The notes under the pieces are model-generated. The model worked only from the letters and a program-made list of their open reading frames with translations, did not search any database and was not told the DNA's origin. From positions 96,001-160,000 of the forward strand of contig JBIJDH010000019.1 of assembly GCA_044344255.1 (NCBI GenBank): a stretch of 64,000 nt of DNA, written 5' to 3'. This DNA is from Myxococcota bacterium (GTDB lineage Bacteria > Myxococcota_A > UBA796 > UBA2385). Position 1 is the stretch's first letter. Every line of letters begins with the position of its first letter. The position numbers and the translations under genes were made by a program. Of this stretch, positions 63,148 to 64,000 are shown piece after piece.

Positions 63148-63163
63148 CGGCGCAGTCTAACGT

Positions 63164-63781
63164 TCAGGGGCCTCGGGAGAGCGACTCGATCGCGGCCTGG
63201 AGCGCAGCGCGACCCTCGGCCCCCTCCGAGCGGGCCACGATCCGCCCCTCCCCGTCCACGAGCGTGAGGACCGAGGTGTGGGCGAAGCCCCCGCCCTCGA
63301 GCGGCCGATAGCGGACGTGCAGCGCCGCCGCGACCTCGATGACCCGATCCTCCGGCACCGCGCCGAGCGTCCACCGGCCGTCGAGGCCGTGCTGCTCCAC
63401 CACCGCGCGGAGGGCCGCCGGGTCATCCCGGGTGGGGTCGAGCGACACCAGCACGACCCGCAGCGCTGCCCGCGCCCGGGGGGACAGCTCCGCCTCGATC
63501 GACTGGATGTCCTGGATGAGCAGCGGACAGGCCATCGGGCAGCTCGTATAGAACATCGAGAGGAGCACCGGCTGGCCGCGGCCCACGTCGAGGCGCACCC
63601 CCTCCCCCGCCTGATTGAGCACCGGCAGGTCGAGAGAATACAGCGAGGCGCCCTCGGCCCGAGAGGGCAGCGTCGCCGTCGCCGTCGCCGTCGCCGACGC
63701 CGCCGACGAAGACGAAGACGGCGCGGCCTCCGGCGGCGGGCCGGGGTCACAGGCGAAGAGGGCGAGCCAGAGCCACATCAT
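63164..63781 (-). CDS. SCO family copper chaperone lipoprotein
   Basis: LFAC lipobox, MFYTSCPMACP (CxxxC), SLDPTRD, FAHTS; ATGA overlap with the upstream gene. Confidence 0.9.
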   Translation of the reverse strand: MMWLWLALFACDPGPPPEAAPSSSSSAASATATATATLPSRAEGASLYSLDLPVLNQAGEGVRLDVGRGQPVLLSMFYTSCPMACPLLIQDIQSIEAELSPRARAALRVVLVSLDPTRDDPAALRAVVEQHGLDGRWTLGAVPEDRVIEVAAALHVRYRPLEGGGFAHTSVLTLVDGEGRIVARSEGAEGRAALQAAIESLSRGP

Positions 63782-64000
63782 GGGAGATCCCAGGCGCAGC
63801 GGAAGCCGAGGCTGCGCACCGTCGAGGAGGCCGAGAGAGAGGCACGAAAAGCCGTGCGCATGAAGCTCGCGTAGTCGCCTGTGCCTGCGGTCCCCGCGGC
63901 GCCGCCCCCGCAGAAGCGGACGGCCCCCTCCCCCTCCGTCCCCCGGGCGTCTGTCGAGAGCAAGGAGGCGCTCCAGTCCTCCACCCACTCCCAGACGAGG
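63778..64000 (-). CDS. FGE-sulfatase (NirV-like) protein, C-terminal fragment (truncated by window edge)
   Basis: LVWEWVEDW...FCGGGA...DYASFMRTAFRASL....TVRSLGFRCA. Confidence 0.8.
   Translation of the reverse strand, partial: LVWEWVEDWSASLLSTDARGTEGEGAVRFCGGGAAGTAGTGDYASFMRTAFRASLSASSTVRSLGFRCAWDLP

Overview
Very GC-rich bacterial chromosomal DNA, probably from a Myxococcota-like lineage. That assignment is inferred from lipoproteins with DADADSD/GTDGTD linkers, a kinase-FGE fusion, FG-GAP/MopE repeats and CotH proteins. About 54 CDS can be supported. No rRNA, tRNA, CRISPR array or IS element was recognised. Recognisable modules, left to right: an RDD-SpoIIM-membrane protein cluster; an operon of two alkaline-phosphatase-superfamily paralogues, a small protein, a 3-TM protein and a sulfotransferase, divergent from a lipoprotein and a COG0523 GTPase; rng-recD2; a TonB receptor; a heme/Cu monooxygenase-like lipoprotein; a phd/vapC TA pair; an amidohydrolase pair; tyrS; a prolyl oligopeptidase; an ECF sigma fused to a zinc finger with osmC and a small Cys-rich protein; an FHA protein and a kinase-FGE fusion; a bcsABZC cellulose synthase operon running into two CotH genes; a divergent oleABCD operon; and a NirV-like/SCO/Rrf2/Crp-Fnr cluster cut by the right edge. 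The best candidate for an undescribed system is the 4.2-11.9 kb locus. Its two AlkP paralogues are predicted on opposite sides of the inner membrane, and it also encodes Tyr-bearing tails (LGY, YIGPG), a possible Oxa1/EMC3-like protein and a sulfotransferase, which suggests a trans-membrane group-transfer (sulfate) relay. All family assignments come from motif recognition by eye; no database search was run.
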